Shown in pieces: positions 9,161-17,941 of a stretch of 64,000 bases of DNA. The notes under the pieces are model-generated. The model was not told the origin of the DNA. It made no database searches and worked only from the letters and a program-made list of their open reading frames with translations. The position numbers and the translations under genes are program-made. How positions within the stretch are numbered: the first letter of the stretch is position 1; each line of letters starts with the position of its first letter. Source of the DNA: Thermoplasmata archaeon (lineage in GTDB: Archaea > Thermoplasmatota > Thermoplasmata > Lutacidiplasmatales > UBA184); NCBI GenBank assembly GCA_052326485.1, contig JBKQMS010000031.1, positions 16,904 to 80,903 of the forward strand, in the 5' to 3' direction.

Positions 9161-9775
9161 TCAGTGAGAGCGGTCGGCCGGAGAACCGCTCGGCGAAACG
9201 GACCGGGGCGAGGAAGCAGGGTTCTCCTTCGGCTTCCGCACAACGCAGTAGATGTAGTGCCGGCGGCCGATCGGCAGTCGGCGAAGCACCCGTTCCAGCC
9301 GAGGAACGTAATGCTGAAGGTGCCAGGTGTTCCAGACCGATTCTCCGCCGATCCAGCGGTCCGTCCGGATCTCGACGAGCTCCCATGGCTTGCGGGCGTA
9401 CAGGTAGTCCCGAGCGGGGGTCCAGAGGTGGGTGAACGACTTCTCGTTGAAGAACCGGCGATGGGTCGGGTCGTTGTACGTGGCGGGCCACTGATGGTGC
9501 GGGACGTCGAACGAGAAGGTCCCGCCGGGCTTCAGGATGCGCCACACTTCGTCAAAGAACCGGAAGAACAGGTCGTCCCCGGCCGCCGTGTTCTGGTGAG
9601 GCAAGTGCTCGATGAGCTGGTGGGAGATGACCGCATCGTACGTCTGGTCGGGGATGGGCCACGGGAGGCTCGTGACGTCGTGCACGATCGTCACGCCGGG
9701 GTACGGGTAGAAGTCGAGGCCCGCGTCGGCCTTCGGGTCCCGGGCGGCCCCGCATCCGATGTCGATCGTGCTCAT
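9161..9775 (-). CDS. class I SAM-dependent methyltransferase
   Basis: 'IDIGCGA' glycine-rich SAM-binding motif 1, plus an acidic residue and 'LKPGG' downstream. Start at the internal ATG ('MSTIDIGCG'). Confidence 0.7.
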   Translation of the reverse strand: MSTIDIGCGAARDPKADAGLDFYPYPGVTIVHDVTSLPWPIPDQTYDAVISHQLIEHLPHQNTAAGDDLFFRFFDEVWRILKPGGTFSFDVPHHQWPATYNDPTHRRFFNEKSFTHLWTPARDYLYARKPWELVEIRTDRWIGGESVWNTWHLQHYVPRLERVLRRLPIGRRHYIYCVVRKPKENPASSPRSVSPSGSPADRSH

Positions 9776-9957
9776 GGTCCCGCCCTTGCCCGATGGTGCA
9801 GATGTTCCGGGGTCCGATTCCAACCGGTTTCAACGCGGATGGCCGCCAGGTTCCGAAGGCCCGGGTCCACGTTCATCACCCGACGAGGGTCGCGACCGAC
9901 GCCCACACGGGTGCGAAGACCCTCCTGAGGTCCGGCGGCGCTTCGGCGTGGCGGTCA

Positions 9958-10066
9958 TGGGGCTGCCCGAATTTGAATCGGGGTCCCGAGCTCCCAAAGC
10001 TCGAAGGATGGACCAGTAGAGCGGACGGAGGTGTGTTCCTCGCGCCCGTAGCTACCCCACAGCCCC
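9958..10066 (-). tRNA. tRNA-Pro(UGG) with a putative ~35-nt non-canonical intron in the D-loop (109 nt total)
   Basis: On the minus strand: perfect 7-bp acceptor GGGGCTG/CAGCCCC with discriminator A; D-stem GGGT/ATCC; anticodon arm CGAGC-TTTGGGA-GCTCG (U33, anticodon TGG, G37); T-arm CCCGA-TTCAAAT-TCGGG. The 35 extra nt sit between AGC and TGGTCC of the D-loop and contain an internal GAGG-AACACA-CCTC hairpin. Confidence 0.5.
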
Positions 10067-10076
10067 GCATCGAGAA

Positions 10077-10505
10077 CTAGACCGCGTCCACCCGTTTCAA
10101 CGTTCGGCCGATCCGGCACTCCGCGAGGTCGGCGTCGACCCGCTCGATCCGGTAGCGTTGGTGTTCCGGCAGCGATGGTCCCGCGCAGACCGACCAGTTC
10201 GGGCAGTCGAGCCGGCGGCACGAGTACCGCCCGACCTCGACCGAGCTTCCCACCACCGCGCTCCGGGCGTCCACAACCAGCGCCCGGGCGACGGGCTTCA
10301 CCTCCACCACGTGCGCGTCGGTCTCCTGAAGCGCGCACGGATGCGTCACCGGCCGCACGCGGGTCACCGCGTAGCGACGGCCCGGGTCGAGGGTCAGGCA
10401 CGCGTGGCGGAACGCGCAGGTCCGGCAGATGGGAGCCCCGCCCTGATAGACGAATTCGAACCCCTCGCGGGATTCCGCGATGGCGAGGAGCGTGATCTCC
10501 GCCAT
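10077..10505 (-). CDS. UPF0179-family small Cys-containing protein
   Basis: A ~140-aa protein whose Cys pattern (CRTC...C, C...C) and 'FEFVYQGG' N-terminus resemble archaeal UPF0179. Located immediately downstream of G1PDH. Confidence 0.55.
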   Translation of the reverse strand: MAEITLLAIAESREGFEFVYQGGAPICRTCAFRHACLTLDPGRRYAVTRVRPVTHPCALQETDAHVVEVKPVARALVVDARSAVVGSSVEVGRYSCRRLDCPNWSVCAGPSLPEHQRYRIERVDADLAECRIGRTLKRVDAV

Positions 10506-10506
10506 G

Positions 10507-11616
10507 CTAGCCGATCACCCCGGTGACGGTGGCCAGCCGTTCGGCGGCTTCCCGGGTCAGCCCGTTGTCTCCGAGGATCGTGTACCGATCCGGGCGGATC
10601 GTGTGGGCCATGACGAGGGCCTTCACGACCTCCTCGTTGCGGACCCCGAGCTCGCGGGCCGTGGTGGGAGCGCCGATCGTGAGCAGGGAGTTCTTGAGCC
10701 GCTTCCAATCGCCGCCGTGGAGGTACATCATCATGATCGCTCCGACCCCGCACTGCTCGCCGTGAAGGCTGGGGTGCTCGCTGACCCGGTCGAGGGCGTG
10801 GCTGAAGAGATGCTCGCTGCCGGAGCAGGGACGGGAGGAGCCGGCGACGCTCATCGCGATCCCGGCGACCAGGATCGGTCGGATGGCGATCCAGACCGAT
10901 TCCTCGAGGTTCGGCTTGATGGAGGAGGCGTGGTCCATGATCTCCTGGGCGGCGTACTCGCTGAGGGTCGCCGCGGTGCTCGAGTACTCCTCGTTGCGGA
11001 GTCGGACCGCGAGCCTCCAGTCGAGCGTCGCGGTGAGGTTCGAGATGACGTCGGCGCATCCCGACGCCAAGAGGCGGAACGGGGCCTGGACGATCAGCTG
11101 CGTGTCCGCGATGACGCCGATCGGGACGGCCCCTTCGGTGCTCGTGATGCTGGTCGCGCCGTGGAGCGAGGCCCGTGGCGAGGAGATCCCGTCGTGGGCG
11201 GCCGAGGTCGGCAGGCTCAGGAACGGAATGTGGAGGCGAGCGGCGACGACCTTCGTGATGTCGATCTTGCTTCCGCCTCCCGCCCCGATGAGGAACTCCG
11301 CCCCGGCCGCGCGGGCCTCTTCGGCCACCCGGTCGACCTCGGCCCCGGTGGCCTCGTGCGCGATGATCGTGGCGACACGGAACCCTCCCTCCTGAAGGAT
11401 GGTGGCGGCGCGCCGACCGGCGATATCGGCGGTCTTCGGACCGGTGACCACGGCACCCCGGTTCGGGAAGGCGAACTGCCGGCAGGTGGTCGCCAGTTCG
11501 TCTAGGACCCCGTGGCCGACCAGGACGATCCGAGGGAAGACCATCCCCTTGGCCTTGCCGAAGACCGATTCGTACCCCGACATCAGGGTTCGGGACGACG
11601 GTTCTTGTGACGCCAT
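10507..11616 (-). CDS. egsA: glycerol-1-phosphate dehydrogenase [NAD(P)+] (archaeal lipid backbone synthesis)
   Basis: Fe-ADH/dehydroquinate-synthase-like fold: 'GAGGGSKIDITK', 'SAAHDGISS', and His ligands 'SGSEHLFSHAL', 'HGEQCG'. Start may be an internal M ('MSGYESV'). Confidence 0.8.
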   Translation of the reverse strand: MASQEPSSRTLMSGYESVFGKAKGMVFPRIVLVGHGVLDELATTCRQFAFPNRGAVVTGPKTADIAGRRAATILQEGGFRVATIIAHEATGAEVDRVAEEARAAGAEFLIGAGGGSKIDITKVVAARLHIPFLSLPTSAAHDGISSPRASLHGATSITSTEGAVPIGVIADTQLIVQAPFRLLASGCADVISNLTATLDWRLAVRLRNEEYSSTAATLSEYAAQEIMDHASSIKPNLEESVWIAIRPILVAGIAMSVAGSSRPCSGSEHLFSHALDRVSEHPSLHGEQCGVGAIMMMYLHGGDWKRLKNSLLTIGAPTTARELGVRNEEVVKALVMAHTIRPDRYTILGDNGLTREAAERLATVTGVIG

Positions 11617-11683
11617 GGGCCGGAGATGCGGACGACGGACCGTGCCTCTTTAGCCTAACTGTCGGGGCGCCGGTCGGGGCGGT

Positions 11684-12313
11684 TCAGCGACCGGGGGTGT
11701 CGCCCCACAGAAGCTTGTGCTCCTGGAGCAGGACGCGGACGTCGATCCGGTCCCCAAGGACCCAGTCGGCGAGCCGCCCTGCGTCCGTGCCCCAGACCGG
11801 TTGGAAGACGAGGGTCGCGGGCCCAGGGTACCCCCGCACGACGCGGCGCGCGTACAGGTAGTCCTTTCGGTCGGCGATGACGAACTTGAGGACGTCGCGG
11901 GACCTGAGGAGGGGGAGGTTGGCCCAGCGGTTCCGTCCTTCCATCTTCGAGGACGGGCACTTCACGTCCACGCTGAGCACGAGGCGAGGCACTCGGAGGT
12001 ACGGCGAGACGTCGAGCGACCCTCCCGTCTCCACGACGGTCGTGATCCCCCGGCCGGCGAGCCGTTCACAAAGCTCCACGGACTCGCTCTGGAGGAGCGG
12101 CTCTCCCCCGGTGAGGCAGACATGGTGGGTCCGGTGGCGGGCAACCTCCGCGAGGAGCGAGCCGACCGAGCGGCTCCGTCCGGGCCCGAACGAGTACTCG
12201 GTATCGCACCAGGCGCATCTCAGGTTGCACCGTGCGGCCCGGATGAAGGTGGTGCGGACCCCGGTGAGCGGTCCCTCGCCCTGGAGCGAATGGAACACCT
12301 CGATGACCTGCAT
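11684..12313 (-). CDS. queE: 7-carboxy-7-deazaguanine synthase QueE (radical SAM)
   Basis: 'MQVIEVFHSLQGEG...TTFIRAARCNLRCAWCDT' with a Cx14CxxC QueE-type cluster motif. Start at the internal ATG. Confidence 0.8.
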   Translation of the reverse strand: MQVIEVFHSLQGEGPLTGVRTTFIRAARCNLRCAWCDTEYSFGPGRSRSVGSLLAEVARHRTHHVCLTGGEPLLQSESVELCERLAGRGITTVVETGGSLDVSPYLRVPRLVLSVDVKCPSSKMEGRNRWANLPLLRSRDVLKFVIADRKDYLYARRVVRGYPGPATLVFQPVWGTDAGRLADWVLGDRIDVRVLLQEHKLLWGDTPGR

Positions 12314-12417
12314 GTTCGTCGGGGGGAGGGTCGGGTGGCTAAATCGGCTCCGGTGCGCCACCGGGCGCCTGGCTCTCGGGAATCCCTCAAATACGGTGAC
12401 CGTGTCGAAGGACCGAC

Positions 12418-15303
12418 ATGGATGCGACCCGGGTCCGGCACTGGCAGGAGGCGTGGAACCGGGCCGGGATCGCTACCGGCCAGCGCGTGCCCTCGCGCGG
12501 CAAGTTCTACGCGGTCAACGCCTACCCTGGGCCGAGCGGGTTCCTCCATGTGGGGACCGTCCGCGGGTACCTCTACACCGACGCGCTCCACCGGTATCAC
12601 CGGATGCTCGGCGAGTCGGTCCTGTTCCCATTCGGGATCCATGCGTCCGGCCTTCCCGCGGTGACGTTCGCCCAGCGGGTCCAGGACCGGGACCCGACGA
12701 TCCTCCAGCAGCTCGAAGACGGCGCTGTCCCCCCGTCGGAGTGGGGTCGGCTCGAAGACCCCGAGTACGTCGTGCGGTTCCTCGGCGAATCCTACCGGTC
12801 CGTCCTGCGCTCGATTGGGGTCCTGTTCGATGAGACGACGTTCCTCACGACGATCGACGAGGATTACCGTGCGTTCATCCGCTGGCAGTTCCGTGCGCTC
12901 GAGCGCGCGAAGGTCCTCGTCCGAGGCACGTACACGACGTCCGTCTGCCCCGTGTGCGGACCGGTGGCGGTCGACCCCTCGGAGACCGACCTTTCGGCCG
13001 GGGGCGACGCCGAGCTCCTCCGATTCGCCACGGTGCCGTTCCGGCTTCCCGACGGCCGGGTTCTCCTGGCCGCCACGCTGCGGCCGGAAACGGTCTACGG
13101 GGTCACGAACCTGTGGCTAGCGCCGGACGAGACGTTGGTAGTGTGGCACGAAGGGGACCATGCCTTCCTCGTGGCCCGCCCCGGGGCCGAACGGCTCGTC
13201 GAGCAGCACGGCGGCCACCTCGGCCACGAGGTTCCCGCGTCCGAGCTCATCGGGCGCGAGGTGGAGGTACCGCTCCGGAAGACGAAGGTCCCGATCCTCG
13301 AGAGCGCTCTCGTGAACCCGGCGGTCGGCACGGGCGTGGTGATGAGCGTCCCGGCCCATGCCCCGGCGGACGAGGCGGCCCTTCGCGGTCTGCCCGAATC
13401 GGTCCGTTCGACGCTCGGAGCACCTCCGGTCCTGCTCGAGATCCCTTCGCGGTTCACGCTGACCGCCTCCGAGACCGAGCTTACGGCCGGGCGCGGCACT
13501 CCGGCCGAACGCGCCCTTCGCGCCACCGGTGCAAGCGGTCTCGCCGACACGGCGGCGCTGGAGGAGGCGACCGAACGGCTCTACCGGCTCGAGTTCGCGC
13601 GAGGGCAGATGACGGTCCCGGCGCTCGCCGGGGTCCCCGTCCGGGAGGCCCGCACGCAGGTCGTCCAGATGCTCTCCGAGGACGGACCGACCTTCGAACT
13701 CCAGGAGTTCTCGAAGCCCGTGATCTGTAGGAACGGGCACGCGGTCATCATCCGGAAGGTACCGGACCAGTGGTTCCTCGCCTACGGGGACCCCGAGTGG
13801 AAGGAGCGGACGCGGGAAGCGGTGTCGCATCTCGTGACCTGGCCATCGGACTACGCACGGGAGCTCCCCGGCATCATCGATTGGTTCGCCGACCGACCGT
13901 GCACCCGCAAGGGACGGTGGCTCGGCACTCCGTTCCCGCTCGACCCCGAGTGGATCATCGAGCCGATCGCGGACTCGACCTTCTACATGGCGTACTTCGT
14001 CGTTCGACGGTTCGTGGCCACCGGCCGGCTCTCGGTCCCGCAGCTGACCGGGGCGTTCTTCGACTACGTGTTCCTCGGCGAGGGTCCGGGAGAGCCCACG
14101 GTCGACCGGAAGCTCCTCGAGGAGGTCCGCTCCGAGTTCCTCTACTGGTATCCGCTCGACTTCAACCTCGGGGGAAAGGAGCACAAGCGGGTCCATTTCC
14201 CCGTCTTCCTCTACACGCACGCCCGGCTCCTCCCTCCCGGGCTCCAGCCTCGGGGGATCTACATCAACGGGTGGATCACCGGTCCGAGCGGCGGGAAGGT
14301 CTCTAAGAAGGAGGTCTCGGGCAAGGGCGGTCGGATCCCTCCGATCGGCATCGCCCTCGAAACGTGGGGACCGGACGCTCTGCGCCTTTTCTACGCCATC
14401 GCGGCATCCCCGTCCCAGGACCTGACGTGGGACCCGACCCTGGTCGACTCGGCGGCCGGCCGCCTCGCCGAGGTGGAGCGGCTCGTGCGTGAGGCGGCGG
14501 GGGACGCCGCCGGACCTCCCGAGCTCGATGCGTGGCTCTCCTCCGCGATGCACCGCGCCGTGAGCGCGGTCCGGGCGGCGTACGAGGCCACCGACCTTCG
14601 TTCCGCGGCCGAGGTCACGTACGTCGGCATCCCGTCCCTCCTCCGACGATACTACGCTCGCGGCGGGACCCCGGGCGAAGCCACCGCTCGGCTGGCCCGG
14701 GCCTGGGTCCGCATGCTCGCCCCGCTGACGCCGCATCTCGCGGAGGAGCTGGGAGAGGGGAAGTTCGCGGACCTCGTGGCGGTCGAACGGTTCCCCGGGG
14801 TGGACGAGTTCGCCCGTTCCGAGATCGCGGACGCGCACGAGGCGTTCCTCGACCGTGTCGAGGAGGACCTGCGGGCGGTCCTTCGGCCGGCCGAGGAGCG
14901 CGGCGGGCCTCCCGTCGAAGAGGCGGTCTTCTACGTCGCCGAGCCGTGGAAGGAGACCGTGGAGCGGTGGCTACGGGAGACGGTCGAGCGAGGCGAGCAA
15001 CCCAACGTCCGCGACGTCATGGCCCGTGCGGCCTCCGACCCGGCCGTCGACGCGCACCGGGCCGAGGTCGCGAAGTACGTCTCGCGCATCGGCCACCTCG
15101 TGCGCGCTGAACCTCCCGTGACCGGTCCGTGCGTGGACGAGGAGGCGGCCCTGCGAGGAGCCGAGGGATACTTCGTCCGCCGCCTCGGGTTCGGTTCGGT
15201 CACGGTGGTGCGGGAGAGCGAGGCCGCGGCCCTCGACCCGCTCGGACGGCGGGACCGGGCCCGTCCGGGCCGGCCGGCGTTCTATCTTCGGCGCAGGCCC
15301 TGA
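12418..15303 (+). CDS. leuS: leucyl-tRNA synthetase (archaeal type)
   Basis: HIGH-like 'PSGFLHVGT' and KMSKS-like 'KVSKK'. Length 961 aa with CP1 editing domain and archaeal LeuRS architecture. Confidence 0.9.
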   Translation: MDATRVRHWQEAWNRAGIATGQRVPSRGKFYAVNAYPGPSGFLHVGTVRGYLYTDALHRYHRMLGESVLFPFGIHASGLPAVTFAQRVQDRDPTILQQLEDGAVPPSEWGRLEDPEYVVRFLGESYRSVLRSIGVLFDETTFLTTIDEDYRAFIRWQFRALERAKVLVRGTYTTSVCPVCGPVAVDPSETDLSAGGDAELLRFATVPFRLPDGRVLLAATLRPETVYGVTNLWLAPDETLVVWHEGDHAFLVARPGAERLVEQHGGHLGHEVPASELIGREVEVPLRKTKVPILESALVNPAVGTGVVMSVPAHAPADEAALRGLPESVRSTLGAPPVLLEIPSRFTLTASETELTAGRGTPAERALRATGASGLADTAALEEATERLYRLEFARGQMTVPALAGVPVREARTQVVQMLSEDGPTFELQEFSKPVICRNGHAVIIRKVPDQWFLAYGDPEWKERTREAVSHLVTWPSDYARELPGIIDWFADRPCTRKGRWLGTPFPLDPEWIIEPIADSTFYMAYFVVRRFVATGRLSVPQLTGAFFDYVFLGEGPGEPTVDRKLLEEVRSEFLYWYPLDFNLGGKEHKRVHFPVFLYTHARLLPPGLQPRGIYINGWITGPSGGKVSKKEVSGKGGRIPPIGIALETWGPDALRLFYAIAASPSQDLTWDPTLVDSAAGRLAEVERLVREAAGDAAGPPELDAWLSSAMHRAVSAVRAAYEATDLRSAAEVTYVGIPSLLRRYYARGGTPGEATARLARAWVRMLAPLTPHLAEELGEGKFADLVAVERFPGVDEFARSEIADAHEAFLDRVEEDLRAVLRPAEERGGPPVEEAVFYVAEPWKETVERWLRETVERGEQPNVRDVMARAASDPAVDAHRAEVAKYVSRIGHLVRAEPPVTGPCVDEEAALRGAEGYFVRRLGFGSVTVVRESEAAALDPLGRRDRARPGRPAFYLRRRP

Positions 15304-15366
15304 CCGCTCGGCGGAGCGCTCGCTCGCTCGCGCGCTCGTTCGTACCTACTTTCGTTGGTTCGTCGG

Positions 15367-15960
15367 TCACGACCGCCGGGGGGGCGGGTCGTTCGCGAGC
15401 CGTGCGAAGAGGAGCGTCGACCGCCAGCGGCCGTCCTTCCGCGCCTCGTCCCGCAACCGTCCCTCGTAGCGGAACCCGCATCTCCGCATCACGCCGCGGG
15501 AGGCGACGTTCGCCGGGAACACCAAGGCCTCGATCCGGTGAAGCCCGAGGCGGGTGAATCCGGTGCGAACGAGGAGGTTCACCGCCTCGGTCGCGTAGCC
15601 ATGGCCCCGGTGCTCTCGGCCGATCCAGTACCCCACCTCGGCGCACGGGTCGCCCTCCTTGAGGTCATGAAGCCCCACGCCGCCGAGGAGCTCCCCGTCG
15701 GAACGCCTCACGACCGTCAGCCCGAGCGATCGACCGGCCTGCCGACCCTCCCGAGCGATCCGGAGCCAGTGGCGAGCGTCGCGTTTCGTGTATGGGTACG
15801 GCACGTGGAGCGTCCATCGCGCCACGGAGGGTTCGTTCAAGAGGCGGAGAAATGCCGGGATGTCGCTGAGGGCAGGGAGCACCAGGTCCACCCGTCGGCC
15901 CCGTATCGGGAATCCAAGGCGGGCGATCCGGCTCCGGGGCGAGGGCCGGCGGGTCGCCAT
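15367..15960 (-). CDS. GNAT N-acetyltransferase (RimJ/RimL-like)
   Basis: 'GYWIGREHRGHGYATEA' acetyl-CoA-binding motif A. Confidence 0.75.
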   Translation of the reverse strand: MATRRPSPRSRIARLGFPIRGRRVDLVLPALSDIPAFLRLLNEPSVARWTLHVPYPYTKRDARHWLRIAREGRQAGRSLGLTVVRRSDGELLGGVGLHDLKEGDPCAEVGYWIGREHRGHGYATEAVNLLVRTGFTRLGLHRIEALVFPANVASRGVMRRCGFRYEGRLRDEARKDGRWRSTLLFARLANDPPPRRS

Positions 15961-15964
15961 CCGG

Positions 15965-16531
15965 TCAGCTCCGGCGCCGTCGTGCGGGCTTGGCCGAAGG
16001 GAAGTTGAGGAACATGCGAGAGGGGGTCGGATGCGGGGAGACCTTGCGATACTTGGCCGACTTCTTCTCGGAGTAGCTGTGGGCGACCCGGCCCGAGATC
16101 TCGAAGTAGATCAGCTGGCCGACCGGCATCCCCGCGTAGATTCGGACCGGCACCTTGACGCTCATCTCGAGGGTCCAGTAGTTGCAGAACCCCTCGTCCC
16201 CCTTGCCGGCCGTGGAGTGGATGTCGATGCCGAGACGGCCCACGCTCGACTTCCCTTCGAGGAACGGGACGTAGCCGTGGGTCTCGGTATACTCCTCGGT
16301 CACCCCGAGATAGAGCTGTCCGGGGATGAGGACGTACCCGTCCTTCGGGATCCGGAACTCCTTGACGCGGTTGTCCTGCCGGGCGTCGAGCGCGGCGTCC
16401 TCATAGACCGCGAGGAACGGTCCCAGGTGGACATCGTACGAATTCGTGCCGAGACACGCCGGGCGGAACGGCCGAATGACGATTCGCCGCTCGCGCAGCG
16501 CGTCCCGAATCTTGACGTCCGACAGGATCAT
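15965..16531 (-). CDS. dcd: dCTP deaminase
   Basis: 'MILSDVKI' N-terminus and dUTPase-like fold signatures. Four nt upstream of the GNAT gene on the same strand. Confidence 0.85.
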   Translation of the reverse strand: MILSDVKIRDALRERRIVIRPFRPACLGTNSYDVHLGPFLAVYEDAALDARQDNRVKEFRIPKDGYVLIPGQLYLGVTEEYTETHGYVPFLEGKSSVGRLGIDIHSTAGKGDEGFCNYWTLEMSVKVPVRIYAGMPVGQLIYFEISGRVAHSYSEKKSAKYRKVSPHPTPSRMFLNFPSAKPARRRRS

Positions 16532-16560
16532 CGGGGGCCGGGCGCGCGGAGCCTCCCGCC

Positions 16561-17421
16561 CTATTTAACGGGGGAGCGTTCGTCGGCGCTCTCGAAGACC
16601 ATCGCCGCGTAGCCGACGACGTCGCGCATCTTCTCGACCTCGCCCGAGTGGCCCCAGCGGAGGAGGCGAGGACGGACGTCCAACCCCTCGAGGGCGGCGA
16701 GGAGGACGGTCGTGGGAGCGACGCCGCACATCGAGATGTCGTTGCGAACCACCGTCTCGTAGAGCCCGCGCGCGTCTCGCGCGAGGATCTGGTCGATCGC
16801 CATCCGGTCGAAGCGTTCGGCCGTCGCCGGGGGAACGTAGTGGGAGAAATCGGTCGAGGCGACCAGGAGGACGTCCCGGTCCCGGATCGCCGAACGAACC
16901 ACTCCGGCCACTTCCTTCAGGAAATCGAACGTGTCGAACCCGACCTCGAGCGGGACGAACCGAGGGTGCGGAAGGACGTACTCGAGGAACGGCAGCTGGA
17001 CCTCGATGGAATGCTCCCGTCGATGGGCGGCCTCGAACACGTCGATGGGGGGATGTCGGAGCGCAGCGACCAGGTCGCGGTCGACCGGGGTCAGACCGAG
17101 GGGCGTCAACCAGGGACGTTCGGAGAGCGCGGCCCCTTGGCTGGCCCCGTAGTGGTCTACCCCCAGGACGAGGACGCTCTCGGGCGGGCGGTCCGCAGCG
17201 ACCAATCGGTAGGCGTGCGCAGCGATCGGGCCGGAGTAGATGTAACCGGCATGCGGCACGACGATCGCCCGGACCTTTCGGAGACTCGACCGCTGTCGCG
17301 TCGGGAGCGTTCCCGGACCACGGGCGTCGGTGAAGCAGCTCTCGACCTGACGGGCGAGCGCTGCCCCTTCGCTTTCGTAGAACTGGCCTGCGACCGCTGG
17401 TGGCCGGGGAGGTGTCGGCAT
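16561..17421 (-). CDS. MEMO1-family protein (AmmeMemoRadiSam system protein B)
   Basis: 'AGQFYE', 'VVPHAGYIYSG', 'HSIEVQLPFL' and 'DFSHY' MEMO motifs. Confidence 0.8.
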   Translation of the reverse strand: MPTPPRPPAVAGQFYESEGAALARQVESCFTDARGPGTLPTRQRSSLRKVRAIVVPHAGYIYSGPIAAHAYRLVAADRPPESVLVLGVDHYGASQGAALSERPWLTPLGLTPVDRDLVAALRHPPIDVFEAAHRREHSIEVQLPFLEYVLPHPRFVPLEVGFDTFDFLKEVAGVVRSAIRDRDVLLVASTDFSHYVPPATAERFDRMAIDQILARDARGLYETVVRNDISMCGVAPTTVLLAALEGLDVRPRLLRWGHSGEVEKMRDVVGYAAMVFESADERSPVK

Positions 17422-17427
17422 AACTCG

Positions 17428-17853
17428 TCAGGTCGATGAAAGCTCCGCGACGAGCGCCTTTGCGTCGCTCTCGTCGAGCGTTGGTCGCGCGGAGGAACGC
17501 CACGGGTTCGTTTCCCCGTAGCGCGGGATGATGTGGAAGTGGACGTGGAAGACGACCTGGCCGGCGTTCGCTCCGGCGTTCAGGGAGAGGTTGTAGTCCG
17601 GGGCGAGGCGTTCGGCCCGGCGGCAGAGCTCGTCCAGCGTGTGGACGAGGGCCATCTGGTCCCCCCACGGGAGATCCGTCAGCCGCACCCCGTGCCGCTT
17701 CGGGACCACCAAGAGGTGGCCGCGGGTCACCGGGTACCGTGCGAGGAATGCGACCGTCGACTCGTCCTCATAGAGGATGTGCGCCGGGGCCCGCCGAGCG
17801 GCGATGTCGCAGAAGAGGCATCGCGTCTTCCCATCCGCCGCGGCGGGCGGCAT
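17428..17853 (-). CDS. HIT-family hydrolase
   Basis: Histidine triad 'HVHFHIIPR' and N-terminal 'CLFCDI'. Confidence 0.8.
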   Translation of the reverse strand: MPPAAADGKTRCLFCDIAARRAPAHILYEDESTVAFLARYPVTRGHLLVVPKRHGVRLTDLPWGDQMALVHTLDELCRRAERLAPDYNLSLNAGANAGQVVFHVHFHIIPRYGETNPWRSSARPTLDESDAKALVAELSST

Positions 17854-17941
17854 CGAACGCGGAGAATCCAGGACCGCCTAAAGGGTTGCCGGGCCGGCCG
17901 CCGAGTCGACCTCATTAGGGATACGTGGCTGGGTCGATTCG

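Noticed and set aside
8032-9435. 467-aa ORF in an alternative frame over the GT2 and methyltransferase genes
   Set aside because: Low-complexity R/G/P-rich product, while the alternative frame has the DDDD/DxD GT2 signature.
9824-10076. A plus-strand tRNA reading of the same locus
   Set aside because: The plus strand has the same acceptor complementarity but no acceptable T-loop. Only the minus strand gives TTCAAAT flanked by a 5-bp stem, plus a UGG anticodon loop.
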